From an uncultured delta proteobacterium (GTDB taxonomy: Bacteria; Desulfobacterota; Binatia; UBA9968): a stretch of DNA of 64,000 bases. The DNA is taken from contig CAVSHR010000003.1 in assembly GCA_963727625.1 (NCBI GenBank), positions 128,001-192,000 of the forward strand, read 5' to 3'. The notes under the pieces were generated by a model, which was given only the letters and a program-made list of their open reading frames with translations, searched no databases and was not told where the DNA came from. The position numbers and the translations under genes are program-made. This document shows, piece by piece, positions 1 to 11,027 of the stretch (within the stretch, counting starts at the first letter, position 1; the number at the start of each line of letters is the position of its first letter).

Positions 1-381
1 CACATTCCGTTGGCGCGGACAGAGCATATGACCGTCGGGCTCAACTACTATATCCCCGGGCGGAAGAATAAGCTGCACACCCATCCGGGCGAAGATCACA
101 TCTTCGTGGTGATGGATGGGCAAGCGACATTCTACAACAAAGAACATCAACCGACCGTGCTCGACAAGGGCGAAGGCATCATGCTGCCGGAAAATCATTA
201 TTATTATTTTGCCAGCACGGGCGAGGTGCCGTTGGCGCTGTTTCGCGTGAACGCAAAGAAGGGCAACAAGCCCAAGGTCGTGCGCGTGGATTCGGAAGGC
301 AACCGGAGAACCGATGAGGAAGTCGATTTCGTCGTGGTCGACGGCGAGGTTGTCGAGGGACAGTTCTGGGAGATGAAATAA
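1..381 (+). CDS. Cupin-domain protein, 5'-truncated by window edge
   Basis: Frame is open from base 1; cupin motifs HTHPGEDHIFVVMDG and GEGIMLPENHYY. Confidence 0.75.
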   Translation, partial: HIPLARTEHMTVGLNYYIPGRKNKLHTHPGEDHIFVVMDGQATFYNKEHQPTVLDKGEGIMLPENHYYYFASTGEVPLALFRVNAKKGNKPKVVRVDSEGNRRTDEEVDFVVVDGEVVEGQFWEMK

Positions 382-387
382 CCACGG

Positions 388-1542
388 ATGAAAATCACCG
401 ACGTAAAGACGATCCGGCTGCGCGCGCAAATTCCGCCCGACGGCCAGGTGTTCAGCCGTTCCGGGGTGCGCAATACCCGCTCGGCGACTCTCGTGCGGGT
501 CAATACAGACGAGGGCGTTTCCGGTCTCGGTTCCTGTTCCGGAAACGGTGAGCTGATCGAGGCGATCGTCGGCAAGGTATTGAAGCCGTTATTGATCGGT
601 ATGGATCCGACGGCCATCGACGCGGTCTGGGACAAAGCTTACGTGCGAGGCGGCCATAAAGAATTCGGCACGCGCGGCATCGGCGTAGTCGCGCTGAGCG
701 GCATCGACGTGGCGCTCTGGGATATTCTCGGCAAAGTCCGGGGTGTGCCGCTCTATCAACTGCTTGGCGGCAAGTGCCGGGACAAGGTGCCGGTCTATGC
801 TACGGCGCTCTATCCCGAAGAACCGTCGAAAGTTGCGAAACGCGCCCGCGCGTTCGCTGAACAGGGTTTTCACGGCGTGAAGATCAAGGTCGGCTTCGAT
901 CTCGATCAAGATATTCGTATTGTGCGCGCGGTGCGCGACGAGCTCGGCGGAGATTTCATCGTCATGACCGATGCCAATCAGGGCTACAGCGTCGATGTCG
1001 CCTTGAAAGCTTCCGAAGCATTTGCCGACTGCGGTGCGTTCTGGCTCGAGGAGCCGCTCTTCGTCGAAGACATCGAGGGCCACGCGCTGCTCCGGGAAAA
1101 GGGCAAGACACCGATCGCCGTGGGCGAAAACCTGCACATGTCCTACGCCTTTGAAAACTTTATCGCGCGCGGCGCGGTGGATTTTATCCAACCGGATGTG
1201 GCGCGGGCAGGCGGCATCAGCGAGGTCTGCAAGATCACCGCGCTGGCGGCCAAGCACAACGTGCCGGTGTCGTTTCACACCTGGGGCGACGGCGTCGCGC
1301 TCGCCGCGAGCATTCATTTATCGACGGCGTTAAAAAATTGCATCGTGATGGAGCTCGATTACACCTACAACCCGCTGCGCGAAGAGTTGCTGAGCGACCC
1401 GTTCAAAGCACAAAATGGTTATCTCTCCGCGCCGGAAAGGCCCGGCTTGGGCATCGAGTTAGATCAAGCCGCGCTGACGCGCTTCGGGTTTTCCGGGACC
1501 GAAGAGCTCACGGTGCGCCGCAAGACCTTGGGCGCTGCCTGA
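388..1542 (+). CDS. Mandelate racemase/muconate lactonizing enzyme family (enolase superfamily)
   Basis: GIDVALWDILGK, KIKVG, DANQ, EEP, GEN and QPD motifs; 384 aa. Confidence 0.9.
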   Translation: MKITDVKTIRLRAQIPPDGQVFSRSGVRNTRSATLVRVNTDEGVSGLGSCSGNGELIEAIVGKVLKPLLIGMDPTAIDAVWDKAYVRGGHKEFGTRGIGVVALSGIDVALWDILGKVRGVPLYQLLGGKCRDKVPVYATALYPEEPSKVAKRARAFAEQGFHGVKIKVGFDLDQDIRIVRAVRDELGGDFIVMTDANQGYSVDVALKASEAFADCGAFWLEEPLFVEDIEGHALLREKGKTPIAVGENLHMSYAFENFIARGAVDFIQPDVARAGGISEVCKITALAAKHNVPVSFHTWGDGVALAASIHLSTALKNCIVMELDYTYNPLREELLSDPFKAQNGYLSAPERPGLGIELDQAALTRFGFSGTEELTVRRKTLGAA

Positions 1543-1954
1543 CCCTTTAAAGGCACTTGGTTTCCTGCTGTTCAATATTGCTTCCAAGATTTATTGGTTG
1601 ATCCAAATAGACGTCGACGTTTCGCTTCGGTCACAGCCGGTTTCGACGGCGGCGCAGCTTGCCTTAGCAGCACGGTATCGGCGTGCGCAACAGCATCATT
1701 AGCGATGCGGCGTGACATCATCTTGCGCGTCATGAGGACCCATCTTGGCGGTATCCATCGCTTTTAGACCAATGAGTCCGATCCCTTGTCAAAGTGATCG
1801 AGGGCAGCGGTTTTCGAAGCGATGGTATGGGAATTGGGCGCGGCACAATCTTAGATAAAATTTTCCGCGTTCATCCTCTGGCGCTTTGATTGCGCGTGGG
1901 CGCCGGTTCGTTATTGCCTTAATCCCCGAAGCTGTTAAGATTATGCGGCTTTTT

Positions 1955-3331
1955 ATGTATCGAGAAGATACCATAGCTGCCATCGCGACGCCGCCGGGAG
2001 AAGGCGGTGTGGCCATTGTGCGGATCAGCGGTGTCGATGCACCGTCGATTGCGGCGAGCATCTTTCGTCGCAATCATGGCGCTAACGATCGACTAAAATC
2101 TCACACTCTCTACCACGGCAAGATTCTTGATCCGAGCAACAGGCGCGTGCTTGACCAAGTGCTGCTGGTCATTATGCGTAAGCCTCGAAGCTACACCGGT
2201 GAAGACGTGGTTGAGATCCACTGCCACGGCGGGGCGTTTCTGAGTCAACAAATACTCGGCCTGGTTTTGACCCAAGGGGCGAGACAAGCCGAGCCGGGCG
2301 AATTTACCAAGCGTGCGTTTCTGAATGGGCGCGTGGATCTTTCTCAAGCGGAGGCAGTGCTCGATCTGATCCGCGCCAAAACCGAGAAAAGCGCGGTGCT
2401 CGCGGTTGGTCAGGTCGCTGGCACTCTGTCCCAGTGGGTCGACGAGTTGCGCGAGGAGTTGCTCGACATTCTGGTTCAAGTGGAGGCTGCCATCGACTTT
2501 CCAGAGGAGGAAATCGAGCTCTTGCGGCGCCAGGAGTTGATCGAGAAAATCTCCGCCTTGAATTCTAAAATTAATTATATTTCAGATACTTATGAATGGG
2601 GCAAGTTGTTTCGCGAGGGCGCTCGGGTATGTATCTGTGGCCGCCCCAATGTCGGTAAGTCGAGTTTGCTCAACGCCCTGCTAGGCGAAGACCGGGTCAT
2701 TGTTACACCATTTGCGGGCACAACCAGGGACGTGATCGAAGAGTCAATTAACCTAAACGGTCTCCCGGTAGTAATCTGGGACACCGCCGGTATTCGCGAT
2801 TCCGAAGATCAGATCGAGCGTATCGGCGTTGAGCTTAGCCGCCGGCATCTAGAAAAGGCCGATGCGGTAATCGTCGTGCTCGATGGCTCCGAGCGGTTAA
2901 CTCCGGACGACGAGGCGTTACTCTATGGCGCGGCCCGGAAGAAGCTTTTGGTCGCTGTCAATAAATCTGACCTGCCTCAGTTGCTTGATCCGGGCGACGT
3001 GGCGCGGTTTAGTTGCGAGAGTAAGGTTGGTGGCGTATCGGCTAAGACAGGCGAAGGGCTATTTTGGCTGAAGGAAAACCTCAGAGATCTTCTGGTCGAC
3101 ACCGAGGTCGAAACGCCAGTGGTGATAACTAATTTACGCCATCGCAGCGCACTGGAGCGGAGCCAAACTTCGCTACAACATGCGATGGCGGCATTAGAGG
3201 AAGGTTATGCCTCAGAATTTGTCGCCATCGACCTCAACGAAGCGCGCGATGGGCTCGAAGAAATTACCGGAATGATTCAAAATGATGATATTTTAGAACG
3301 TATTTTTTCGAATTTTTGTATTGGAAAATAG
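1955..3331 (+). CDS. mnmE: tRNA modification GTPase MnmE (TrmE)
   Basis: DTIAAIATPPGEGG N-terminus, GRPNVGKSS, GTTRD, DTAG, NKSD, C-terminal FCIGK; start moved to ATG 1955. Confidence 0.97.
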   Translation: MYREDTIAAIATPPGEGGVAIVRISGVDAPSIAASIFRRNHGANDRLKSHTLYHGKILDPSNRRVLDQVLLVIMRKPRSYTGEDVVEIHCHGGAFLSQQILGLVLTQGARQAEPGEFTKRAFLNGRVDLSQAEAVLDLIRAKTEKSAVLAVGQVAGTLSQWVDELREELLDILVQVEAAIDFPEEEIELLRRQELIEKISALNSKINYISDTYEWGKLFREGARVCICGRPNVGKSSLLNALLGEDRVIVTPFAGTTRDVIEESINLNGLPVVIWDTAGIRDSEDQIERIGVELSRRHLEKADAVIVVLDGSERLTPDDEALLYGAARKKLLVAVNKSDLPQLLDPGDVARFSCESKVGGVSAKTGEGLFWLKENLRDLLVDTEVETPVVITNLRHRSALERSQTSLQHAMAALEEGYASEFVAIDLNEARDGLEEITGMIQNDDILERIFSNFCIGK

Positions 3332-3388
3332 ATCGTTAAAACGAATTTGTTAAAGAACAAATAAGCTAAACAGGGATTAATCAACGAT

Positions 3389-3404
3389 TGTTTTACGTGA
3401 AACT
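3389..3404. promoter_or_regulatory. parS site, 2 mismatches (TGTTTTACGTGAAACT)
   Basis: Matches the parS consensus TGTTTCACGTGAAACA at 14/16 positions; directly before the mnmG ATG. Confidence 0.7.
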
Positions 3405-5282
3405 ATGACAGAATCGAACGGGAAGGTTTTCGATGTAATCGTTGTCGGTGCCGGCCACGCTGGGATCGAGGCATGCCTTGCTTCAGCCCGCATGGGCTGT
3501 TCAACCTTGATGCTGACGTTGAACCTCGATCATATTGGTCAAATGTCCTGCAATCCAGCGATTGGCGGAATTGGCAAGGGCCATCTGGTAAAAGAGATCG
3601 ACGCCCTTGGCGGCGAGATGGGCCGGGCAATCGACGAGACGGGGATTCAATTTCGTGTGCTCAATACCAAGAAAGGGCCGGCGGTTCGAGCTTCGCGGGC
3701 CCAAGCGGACAAGGCCTTGTATCGTCAGCGGATGAAACGGGTTTTAGAAACCTGCCCTAATCTGACGCTTCGACAGGGAAGCGTTGAGGCGTTGATCGTG
3801 AAGAGTGGCAAATTGCACGGGGTCGAGACTCAGATCGGCGAACGATTTTTTGGCAGGAAAGTTATTTTGACGACCGGCACGTTTCTGAAAGGGCTCATCC
3901 ATATCGGCGATCGAAATTATTCGGCCGGGCGTGCGGGTGATTTCGCAGTTCATGGGCTTAGCGAGTCTTTGGTTAATCTCGGCTTTAAGGTGGGCAGGCT
4001 GAAGACCGGCACTTGTCCTAGGCTTGACGCTAGGACGATCGATTTTACAAAACTGGTAGTTCAACCCGGTGATGACAATCCGATTCCATTTTCTTTTTCG
4101 AGCGAGAGGATTACCCAGCGCCAGGTGCCTTGCCATATTACTTATACAAATCCTCGCACTCATGAAATTATCCGATCGGCACTTCATCGATCGCCGATGT
4201 ATTCCGGCGTGATCAAGAGCCGGGGGCCGCGATACTGTCCCTCCATTGAAGACAAGATTCATCGATTTGCCGACAAGGAGAGACACCAAATCTTCCTTGA
4301 GCCAGAGGGGTTGGATACCGTTGAGATTTATCCTAACGGGCTATCTACGAGTTTGCCGTTGGATGTTCAGATTGAAATGGTTCGCTCGATCGAAGGCTTG
4401 GAGTCTGCTGAAATCATGCGTCCGGGCTACGCCATCGAATACGATTACTTCGAACCGACGCAGCTTCACCCGAGCTTGGAAACCAAGTTAATTCACGGGC
4501 TTTATCACGCCGGCCAAATTAATGGGACAACCGGTTACGAAGAAGCGGCGGCTCAAGGGATCATGGCGGGCATCAACTCGGTGCTCAGTCTTCGGGGGGA
4601 GAGTCCGCTGGTTTTCTCCCGCGAGCAGGCTTACATTGGAGTACTAATTGATGATCTGGTGACTAAGGGAACCGACAATGAGCCGTACAGGATGTTTACA
4701 TCTAGAGCTGAATATCGCTTGCTGCTGCGCGAGGACAATGCAGATCTTCGGCTAACCGAGATCGGTCACAAAATTGGTTTGGCCAGCACGGCTGCATTTG
4801 AAAAGGTCAGCAGCAAAGTTCGCGCGGTTGGCAATTTGACTAGTTTCCTGGAGCGACAACAGGCGGTACCGAGTCTCCAAGTTAATACTCTGCTTGACTC
4901 TTTTGGATCAGCGCCATTGCGCAATCAGGCCAAATTGGCTCAGATTCTTCGTCGCCCTGAAATTTCTTTGGCTAAGCTTAGGGCACTATGGCCAGATCTT
5001 CCGAATTGCAGCCACGATGTCGATGCCCAAGCAGAGATCCAGCTCAAATACCAAGGCTACGTCGAGCGCCAGCTTGAGATCGTCGAGCGCTCCCTGAAGA
5101 TGGAGCATGCGCGCTTGCCCGAGGACATTGATTACTCTCGAATTAGTGGGCTATCACGCGAAGTGTGCGAAAAGCTAATCAGGATAAAACCCCGGTCCCT
5201 CGGTCAGGCAGCGAGGATTCCCGGCATAACTCCAGCGGCGATATCGCGGCTTTCGTTTTATCTCAAGAAAAAGAGCGCCTGA
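3405..5282 (+). CDS. mnmG: tRNA uridine 5-carboxymethylaminomethyl modification enzyme MnmG (GidA)
   Basis: GAGHAG, MSCNPAIGG, GPRYCPSIEDK, AGQINGTTGYEEAAAQG; 625 aa. Confidence 0.98.
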   Translation: MTESNGKVFDVIVVGAGHAGIEACLASARMGCSTLMLTLNLDHIGQMSCNPAIGGIGKGHLVKEIDALGGEMGRAIDETGIQFRVLNTKKGPAVRASRAQADKALYRQRMKRVLETCPNLTLRQGSVEALIVKSGKLHGVETQIGERFFGRKVILTTGTFLKGLIHIGDRNYSAGRAGDFAVHGLSESLVNLGFKVGRLKTGTCPRLDARTIDFTKLVVQPGDDNPIPFSFSSERITQRQVPCHITYTNPRTHEIIRSALHRSPMYSGVIKSRGPRYCPSIEDKIHRFADKERHQIFLEPEGLDTVEIYPNGLSTSLPLDVQIEMVRSIEGLESAEIMRPGYAIEYDYFEPTQLHPSLETKLIHGLYHAGQINGTTGYEEAAAQGIMAGINSVLSLRGESPLVFSREQAYIGVLIDDLVTKGTDNEPYRMFTSRAEYRLLLREDNADLRLTEIGHKIGLASTAAFEKVSSKVRAVGNLTSFLERQQAVPSLQVNTLLDSFGSAPLRNQAKLAQILRRPEISLAKLRALWPDLPNCSHDVDAQAEIQLKYQGYVERQLEIVERSLKMEHARLPEDIDYSRISGLSREVCEKLIRIKPRSLGQAARIPGITPAAISRLSFYLKKKSA

Positions 5283-5347
5283 CGCTCTTTGCCACCTTTG
5301 CTTCAAAAATTTTCTTACTTATAGGAATTTACTGTCCCTAAGTTTAC

Positions 5348-5367
5348 GTTGTTTCACGTGAAACAAC
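5348..5367. promoter_or_regulatory. Perfect parS site within a 20-bp palindrome GTTGTTTCACGTGAAACAAC
   Basis: Exact TGTTTCACGTGAAACA at 5350-5365, just upstream of parAB. Confidence 0.92.
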
Positions 5368-5455
5368 AAATTCTGCTTTTAATTTCGCGATTATTGTGAT
5401 AACAATGTGAGGGAGGATTAAGTTATATAACTTATTGATTTATATAATGATTTTT

Positions 5456-6250
5456 ATGGGAAGGACGATTGCAATCGCAAATCAAAAAGGCGGCGTTGGC
5501 AAAACTACCACCGCTATCAACCTTGCTGCGTCGCTCGCCCTTGAGTCCAAACGAACCCTTCTCGTCGATATTGATCCGCAGGGAAACAGCACCACCGGCT
5601 TGGGGATCGACCGAAGCCAACTTACGGCGAGCCTGTACCATGTCATCGACGGATCCCGCTTCATCGGTGAAGTATTGTGCGAGACCGAATTGCCCAATTT
5701 GCTGCTCGTTCCGGCGACCAAAGATCTCGTCGGCACCGAAATCGAGCTGGTTGGCGGCGACCGACGGGAGTATCGTCTTAAAGAAGCGCTGGCCTCAGTT
5801 ACGAACCATTATGATTACGTACTGCTGGATTGCCCGCCGTCCTTGGGTTTGCTGACGCTCAATGCGCTCACGGCCGCTGAGTCGTTGCTGATACCGATTC
5901 AGAGCGAGTACTACGCTTTGGAAGGGCTGAGCGCGATCCTTGAAACCCTGCGGTTAGTCCAGCAAGGCTTGAATACCGCACTGTGTTTGGAAGGAATCGT
6001 GATTACGATGTTCGACAGTCGCAACCGGATCTCGCACCAAGTCGTGGAAGAAATCCGCGCGCATTTTCCCGATAAACTTTTTCACACGATTGTGCGCCGC
6101 AACGTGCGCCTGAGCGAGAGCCCAAGCTACGGCAAACCGATTTGTTTGTACGACGCGAGTTCGACGGGCGCGCAAGATTATCGAGATTTAGCCAAGGAGT
6201 TGATCAGTCGTGGAGAGTTCAATGTCGACGCCGAAAAAGGGTTTGGGTAA
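5456..6250 (+). CDS. parA: Chromosome partitioning ATPase ParA/Soj
   Basis: Deviant Walker [28 protein letters not shown]; ATG 5456. Confidence 0.96.
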   Translation: MGRTIAIANQKGGVGKTTTAINLAASLALESKRTLLVDIDPQGNSTTGLGIDRSQLTASLYHVIDGSRFIGEVLCETELPNLLLVPATKDLVGTEIELVGGDRREYRLKEALASVTNHYDYVLLDCPPSLGLLTLNALTAAESLLIPIQSEYYALEGLSAILETLRLVQQGLNTALCLEGIVITMFDSRNRISHQVVEEIRAHFPDKLFHTIVRRNVRLSESPSYGKPICLYDASSTGAQDYRDLAKELISRGEFNVDAEKGFG

Positions 6251-7103
6251 AGGGCTGAGCGCGCTCATTCCGAGCGCCACCGAAACCAGAGTGGAAAGTC
6301 GCGATGAGCGCGCGACGCTCGAAGTCGCGGTGGATCGCATAACTGCCAGCCCGTTTCAGCCGCGGCGTCGTTTCGACGAAGCCAAAATCGACGAGCTCGC
6401 CGCGTCGATTCGCAATCAAGGCATCATTCAGCCACTGGTCGTCAGACCTAAGGGCGACGGTTTTGAGCTGATCGCCGGGGAACGGCGCTGGCGCGCTGCC
6501 ATGAAGGCGGGATTGGCCCGGGTGCCGGTGGTGGTGCGCGAAGCCAGCGATATTGAGGCGCTGCAGCTCGCGATGGTGGAAAATCTTCAGCGCGAAGATC
6601 TCAATCCGATCGAGGAAGCAGCGGGTTACCGCCGCCTGCAAGAAGAGTTTCACTGGAGCCAAGAGGAAATGGCCGAGAAGGTCGCGAAAAGCCGTCCGGC
6701 GATCGCTAATTCGCTACGCCTGCTCGCCCTTCCCGCCGAAGTGCAGCAGGAAGTTTCCGCGGGCAATTTGCCGGCCGGTCAAGCGCGCGCTTTGCTCGGT
6801 TTGCACGCCGAGGCTTTGATTCTTTCGGCAAGCCGCGAAGTGATTGCGAAGGGGCTTTCGACCCGTGAAACGGAAAAAATGGTCCGCCATTTGATCATCG
6901 GTCGCAAGCGACGCCGCCAAGTGCCGTTGCTCGATCCCGATTTGAAAACGATCGTCGAGGATTTGCAGCGGGCGCTCGGCACGCGCGTGCGCCTCTTACC
7001 CAAAGCGCGATCGACAAAGGGAATAATCGAGATCGAGTATTATGCTCCAACCGACCTCGAACGGATTATTCAGACAATCACGAAAAGCCCGGCCAACTCA
7101 TGA
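6222..7103 (+). CDS. parB: Chromosome partitioning protein ParB/Spo0J
   Basis: [11 protein letters not shown]-terminus, GERRWRA CTP-binding box, [14 protein letters not shown], helix-turn-helix. Confidence 0.96.
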   Translation: MSTPKKGLGKGLSALIPSATETRVESRDERATLEVAVDRITASPFQPRRRFDEAKIDELAASIRNQGIIQPLVVRPKGDGFELIAGERRWRAAMKAGLARVPVVVREASDIEALQLAMVENLQREDLNPIEEAAGYRRLQEEFHWSQEEMAEKVAKSRPAIANSLRLLALPAEVQQEVSAGNLPAGQARALLGLHAEALILSASREVIAKGLSTRETEKMVRHLIIGRKRRRQVPLLDPDLKTIVEDLQRALGTRVRLLPKARSTKGIIEIEYYAPTDLERIIQTITKSPANS

Positions 7104-7128
7104 GTTCAGTTGAGACTCGTGAAACGAC

Positions 7129-7151
7129 GCGCCAGAATCTACTTCTGGCGC
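7129..7151. terminator. Hairpin between the convergent parB and YyaL-like genes
   Basis: GCGCCAGAA-TCTAC-TTCTGGCGC 9-bp stem; no clear U-tract. Confidence 0.35.
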
Positions 7152-7161
7152 AGGGCGAAAA

Positions 7162-9219
7162 TTAACTTTGCAGCAAAGATTTTAATTCGCTTGGGCTGGT
7201 CACCGGCGCCGAGCAAGTAAGGTTGTGACAAACGTACGCCGTCGGCTTGCCGTCCATCTGGCTTTTCCCTTGCACCAGCGGCGGGAGATCGTCAAGCGGT
7301 GCGTCCGGCGCTGCCAGTTGCAAGACTTTGTTCGGTAGAAAAATCGCATGGACCTGGGCGATAAGCTCCTTAACTCCGGGCTCCGCCGGATTGCCCACGA
7401 TAACAATTTCTCGGGGATTCTCCAGATAAAAATCCAAGGCGCAAAGCATATGGGCAAAGCCGAACGGTTGGCGTTCCATGGCATCGTAGCAGGAGCGCAG
7501 CACTTTCTCGGCGCGGCCGCGGTAATCCGCGTTGCCGGTGATGTGAGAGAGGCGCAGCAGTAGCTGCGTCGCCAGGGCATTCCCGGACGGGATCGAAGCA
7601 TCAAACATCGGCTTGGCGCGGCTGATCAACTTTTCATGCGACTTGCCGGTGAAAAAGAAGCCGCCGTCGCGCTCATCCCAAAACTCTCGGAGCATGATTT
7701 CCGCGAGCTCAACCGCGCGCGCCAAATCAGCACGATCAAAACTCGTCTCATAGAGATCCAGCAAACCGACCGCTAAAAAAGCGTAATCATCAAGATAACC
7801 GAGCAGTTTTGCCTGCCCGTCTTTGTAGGTGTGCAAGAGAAAACCGTCGCGAAACAGTTTGCTGAATATAAACTCAACGGTTCGTCGCGCGGCTTCCCGC
7901 CATGCCCAATTATCTGAAAGTTTAATCGCTTCGGCCAAACCTGAAAGAAGCAGGCCGTTCCATGCGGTGATGATCTTTTGATCGCGAAAAGGTTTGACGC
8001 GTTTTTCTCTTTCGGCAAACAACACTCGTTTGGCATTGGCGATGAGCGCTTCGATTTCGGAGAGTTCCTTGCGAAACAATTTGCTCGCTTGCTCGGGAGT
8101 TAAGACCGGATGGAGAATATTCTTATCCTCAAAATTACCTTCATCAGTTACGTCAAAAATCCGGCAGAAGATCTCGCCATCCGCTTCGCCCAACAAATCG
8201 TTGATTTCATCCGCAGTCCAAACAAAAAATTTTCCCTCTTCGCCTTCGCTGTCGGCATCCTGAGTCGAATAGAATCCCCCCTCGCCGTGCAGCATCTCGC
8301 GCAGCAGGTAAGCGACGGTGTCTTCCACGACCGACTTGAAAAACGGCTCCCGGGTGACCGTGTGGGCGTGGGCGTAGGCGCGCAAGAGCTGAGCGTTGTC
8401 ATAGAGCATTTTCTCGAAGTGCGGCACCAACCATTTGGCGTCCACCGAATAGCGGTGAAAGCCGCCGCCCAGATGATCGTAGATGCCGCCCTGAGCCATT
8501 TTCGTCAGCGTGTGGACAACCATTTCACGGTAGCGTTCGCTCTTGGAGTGAGAATAGTGGCGCAGGAAAAGTTCATAGACGCCGGCGTTGGGAAACTTCG
8601 GCGCTTGACCCAAACCGCCGTTGTCCGAATCGTAGGAGCCGGCGATCTTCGCCGCGCCTTCGGCGATGCTCGCTGCTGAAAAAGCCTTGGCCGTTTCCGG
8701 AGGTTCCGACATCCGCTCCAAGGCGGTGAGGATTTGGCTGACGCTTTTCTCGACATCCTCCGGCCGCTCGCGGTAGGCCTGTGACACGCCCAAAAGTATG
8801 CGCGGGAATCCCGGCATGCCCTGGCGGTCTTCCGGTGGAAAATAGGTCCCGCCGTAAAAAGGCTTGCGGTCGGGCGTGAGGAACATGGTCATCGGCCAAC
8901 CGCCCCTCCCCGTCAGCATCTGCACCGCGTTCATGTAAATCTCGTCCAAATCAGGACGCTCTTCGCGATCGACTTTGATGCTGACGAAAAGCTCGTTCAT
9001 GAGCGCAGCGATCTTTTCGTTCTCGAATGACTCGTGCTCCATCACATGGCACCAGTGACAGGCGGAGTAACCGATACTCAAAAAAACCGGTTTGTTTTCG
9101 CTTTTGGCTTTTTTAAAAGCCTCCTCCCCCCAAGGGTACCAATCGACAGGGTTGTGGGCATGCTGCAATAGATAGGGACTGGTTTCGTGGATGAGGCGAT
9201 TGGTATGCTTGGCTTCCAT
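7162..9219 (-). CDS. Thioredoxin-domain protein, YyaL/SSP411 (DUF255) family
   Basis: [41 protein letters not shown]. Confidence 0.92.
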   Translation of the reverse strand: MEAKHTNRLIHETSPYLLQHAHNPVDWYPWGEEAFKKAKSENKPVFLSIGYSACHWCHVMEHESFENEKIAALMNELFVSIKVDREERPDLDEIYMNAVQMLTGRGGWPMTMFLTPDRKPFYGGTYFPPEDRQGMPGFPRILLGVSQAYRERPEDVEKSVSQILTALERMSEPPETAKAFSAASIAEGAAKIAGSYDSDNGGLGQAPKFPNAGVYELFLRHYSHSKSERYREMVVHTLTKMAQGGIYDHLGGGFHRYSVDAKWLVPHFEKMLYDNAQLLRAYAHAHTVTREPFFKSVVEDTVAYLLREMLHGEGGFYSTQDADSEGEEGKFFVWTADEINDLLGEADGEIFCRIFDVTDEGNFEDKNILHPVLTPEQASKLFRKELSEIEALIANAKRVLFAEREKRVKPFRDQKIITAWNGLLLSGLAEAIKLSDNWAWREAARRTVEFIFSKLFRDGFLLHTYKDGQAKLLGYLDDYAFLAVGLLDLYETSFDRADLARAVELAEIMLREFWDERDGGFFFTGKSHEKLISRAKPMFDASIPSGNALATQLLLRLSHITGNADYRGRAEKVLRSCYDAMERQPFGFAHMLCALDFYLENPREIVIVGNPAEPGVKELIAQVHAIFLPNKVLQLAAPDAPLDDLPPLVQGKSQMDGKPTAYVCHNLTCSAPVTSPSELKSLLQS

Positions 9220-9405
9220 CAATCGGCCGCCTGCGTAGAAAGCTGCACTCACGCTAACACATTCGTTGGGGTGCCGAAACCGATTGATACGGAGTCTCGA
9301 GCCAGCGGAAATACAGCGGGGCTGGAAATTTCCTTTTCATAAGAAAACGCTTCAAGGCGGTCTTAACCCATCCAATGAACGCGGCGCCGGCGCGCCAATC
9401 GCTGC

Positions 9406-10563
9406 TTAGCCGCCGAGCGCGCGCGAGTGAATTTCTAGGTCGCTGAACAGCAGCGAATCGGTTTTGTGATTGTCGAAATGGATTATTAATTGGTTCTTCC
9501 CCGCGCTTACCGCTTTGCCGTCGATCGGAATTTGATAATCGCGCCAACCGTCCATTAAGATCAGCGTCTTGAGCGGGTGACCGTTAAAAGAAAATTCGAC
9601 CTGACGACAAGCGTGTTCGCCGGATGGAACCCGTGGGGTGGCCGCAAAAATCAAAAGGTAGTCCTTCCCTTGCGCAAGTGTGAGATCGATCGCGGTCTTT
9701 GCTTTCAGAAATCGCCAGATGGTCTGCCGCGGGCGACCGATGCCGAGACTCCGTTGGCGCGGCTGGATGGTCTCTGGGGGATACGCGGTTAAATTGATTT
9801 GGCTTACGGAAACGGACCACAAGTTTGTCGGTGAGGCGATCTTGACGCGATATCCTGGAACCAGCCACAAAGCGAGAAAGGCAGCGCCGAATCCGGCGCC
9901 GAGCGCCATGAAGGATCTTTTTCCGATGGATCCATGCAGCGCAGCAATCACGAAGAAAAACCAACTGGCGCCCAACAGGAGGCCGCCGATAACGTCGGTA
10001 AGCCAATGGCGCATGAAGTAGATGCGTTGATAGCCGATCGTCGCAACCAGCGCCATGGCAATGCCGATCCCAACAAATCGCTTCCACCGGCTAAAGGTAA
10101 GCGAAGGGGAAAATAAATAATAGATGGCTCCGAGTATCGTTACGGCGCTGATGATGTGACCGCTTGGGAAACTGCTGCCATAGTCTACGAAAGAAAGCGC
10201 GGCAGGGCGAGCTCGCGAGACAAAGGCTTTGACCCATTCGCCGAGTAATGCGGCGCCGACCGTGATAATAAAAAAACTACCGAGATCTTGCCAACGCCGC
10301 CGGCAAGCGAAGAAACCCGCCGCTCCCAAAACCAGAACCGCAGTCGCGTAGGGCGCCGTTGTCCAATCTTTCAAAATCCTTGCAACCTGATCGAGGGCGC
10401 AGGTGCGTTGTTCTTGTATCCAGCGATGAAACAGCAGATCGTAGGGAACCAGCAACTTCACCGAAGCGAGCTCTAGAACAAACAGAGCGATTAACAGGCC
10501 TGAAACAAATAACAAGCGGTGTTTTACACGACGCCGGTGGGTTTGACTAGGTTCGGGTTCCAT
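9406..10563 (-). CDS. PAP2-family membrane phosphatase with a C-terminal soluble domain
   Basis: K-x6-RP, FPSGH and R-x5-H-x3-D PAP2 motifs; multiple hydrophobic segments. Confidence 0.8.
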   Translation of the reverse strand: MEPEPSQTHRRRVKHRLLFVSGLLIALFVLELASVKLLVPYDLLFHRWIQEQRTCALDQVARILKDWTTAPYATAVLVLGAAGFFACRRRWQDLGSFFIITVGAALLGEWVKAFVSRARPAALSFVDYGSSFPSGHIISAVTILGAIYYLFSPSLTFSRWKRFVGIGIAMALVATIGYQRIYFMRHWLTDVIGGLLLGASWFFFVIAALHGSIGKRSFMALGAGFGAAFLALWLVPGYRVKIASPTNLWSVSVSQINLTAYPPETIQPRQRSLGIGRPRQTIWRFLKAKTAIDLTLAQGKDYLLIFAATPRVPSGEHACRQVEFSFNGHPLKTLILMDGWRDYQIPIDGKAVSAGKNQLIIHFDNHKTDSLLFSDLEIHSRALGG

Positions 10564-10719
10564 GTTGCTCTGGTAAGGACCTTCGAGTTAGATCCGTGAA
10601 CATCGGTTGTTGCGCTAGTAATTCGCCAACGAATTGGCCAGAGTTGCAACCGCAAACCAACGTGCTGTCGAACCGAACTAAAAAAAACTTCTTGCCAATG
10701 AGTCGTTTCCCACCCTTAC

Positions 10720-10923
10720 CTAGCGAATTTTTAAGTCCAGAGCGACCGGACCTTTCTCGCCTTTTCGAACCTGAAATTGAACGGAATCCCCCTCGTTCAA
10801 ATCTTCGATCTGACTGCGCGGCGCGAGGCTGCCGCGGTGAAAAAAAACATCCTCACTACCGTCATCCGGGGTAATAAAGCCAAAGCCCTTTTGCCGCATT
10901 ATTTTCTTGATCGTTCCGGTCAT
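10720..10923 (-). CDS. Cold-shock domain protein
   Basis: KGFGFI (RNP1) and DVFFH (RNP2); 67 aa. Confidence 0.92.
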   Translation of the reverse strand: MTGTIKKIMRQKGFGFITPDDGSEDVFFHRGSLAPRSQIEDLNEGDSVQFQVRKGEKGPVALDLKIR

Positions 10924-11027
10924 CGCGTTTTTCTCCTATCAAATGAACGCTTTCAAAAAAGGATTCTTGACATTTCGAGGTTGCGTACTTAGCCTAGGTT
11001 TTCTAACTTCATACAACCAAAACCAGC

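Noticed and set aside
3332-5455. AT-rich gaps around mnmG as oriC
   Set aside because: I saw no DnaA-box (TTATCCACA) cluster and dnaA is absent; only parS is supported.
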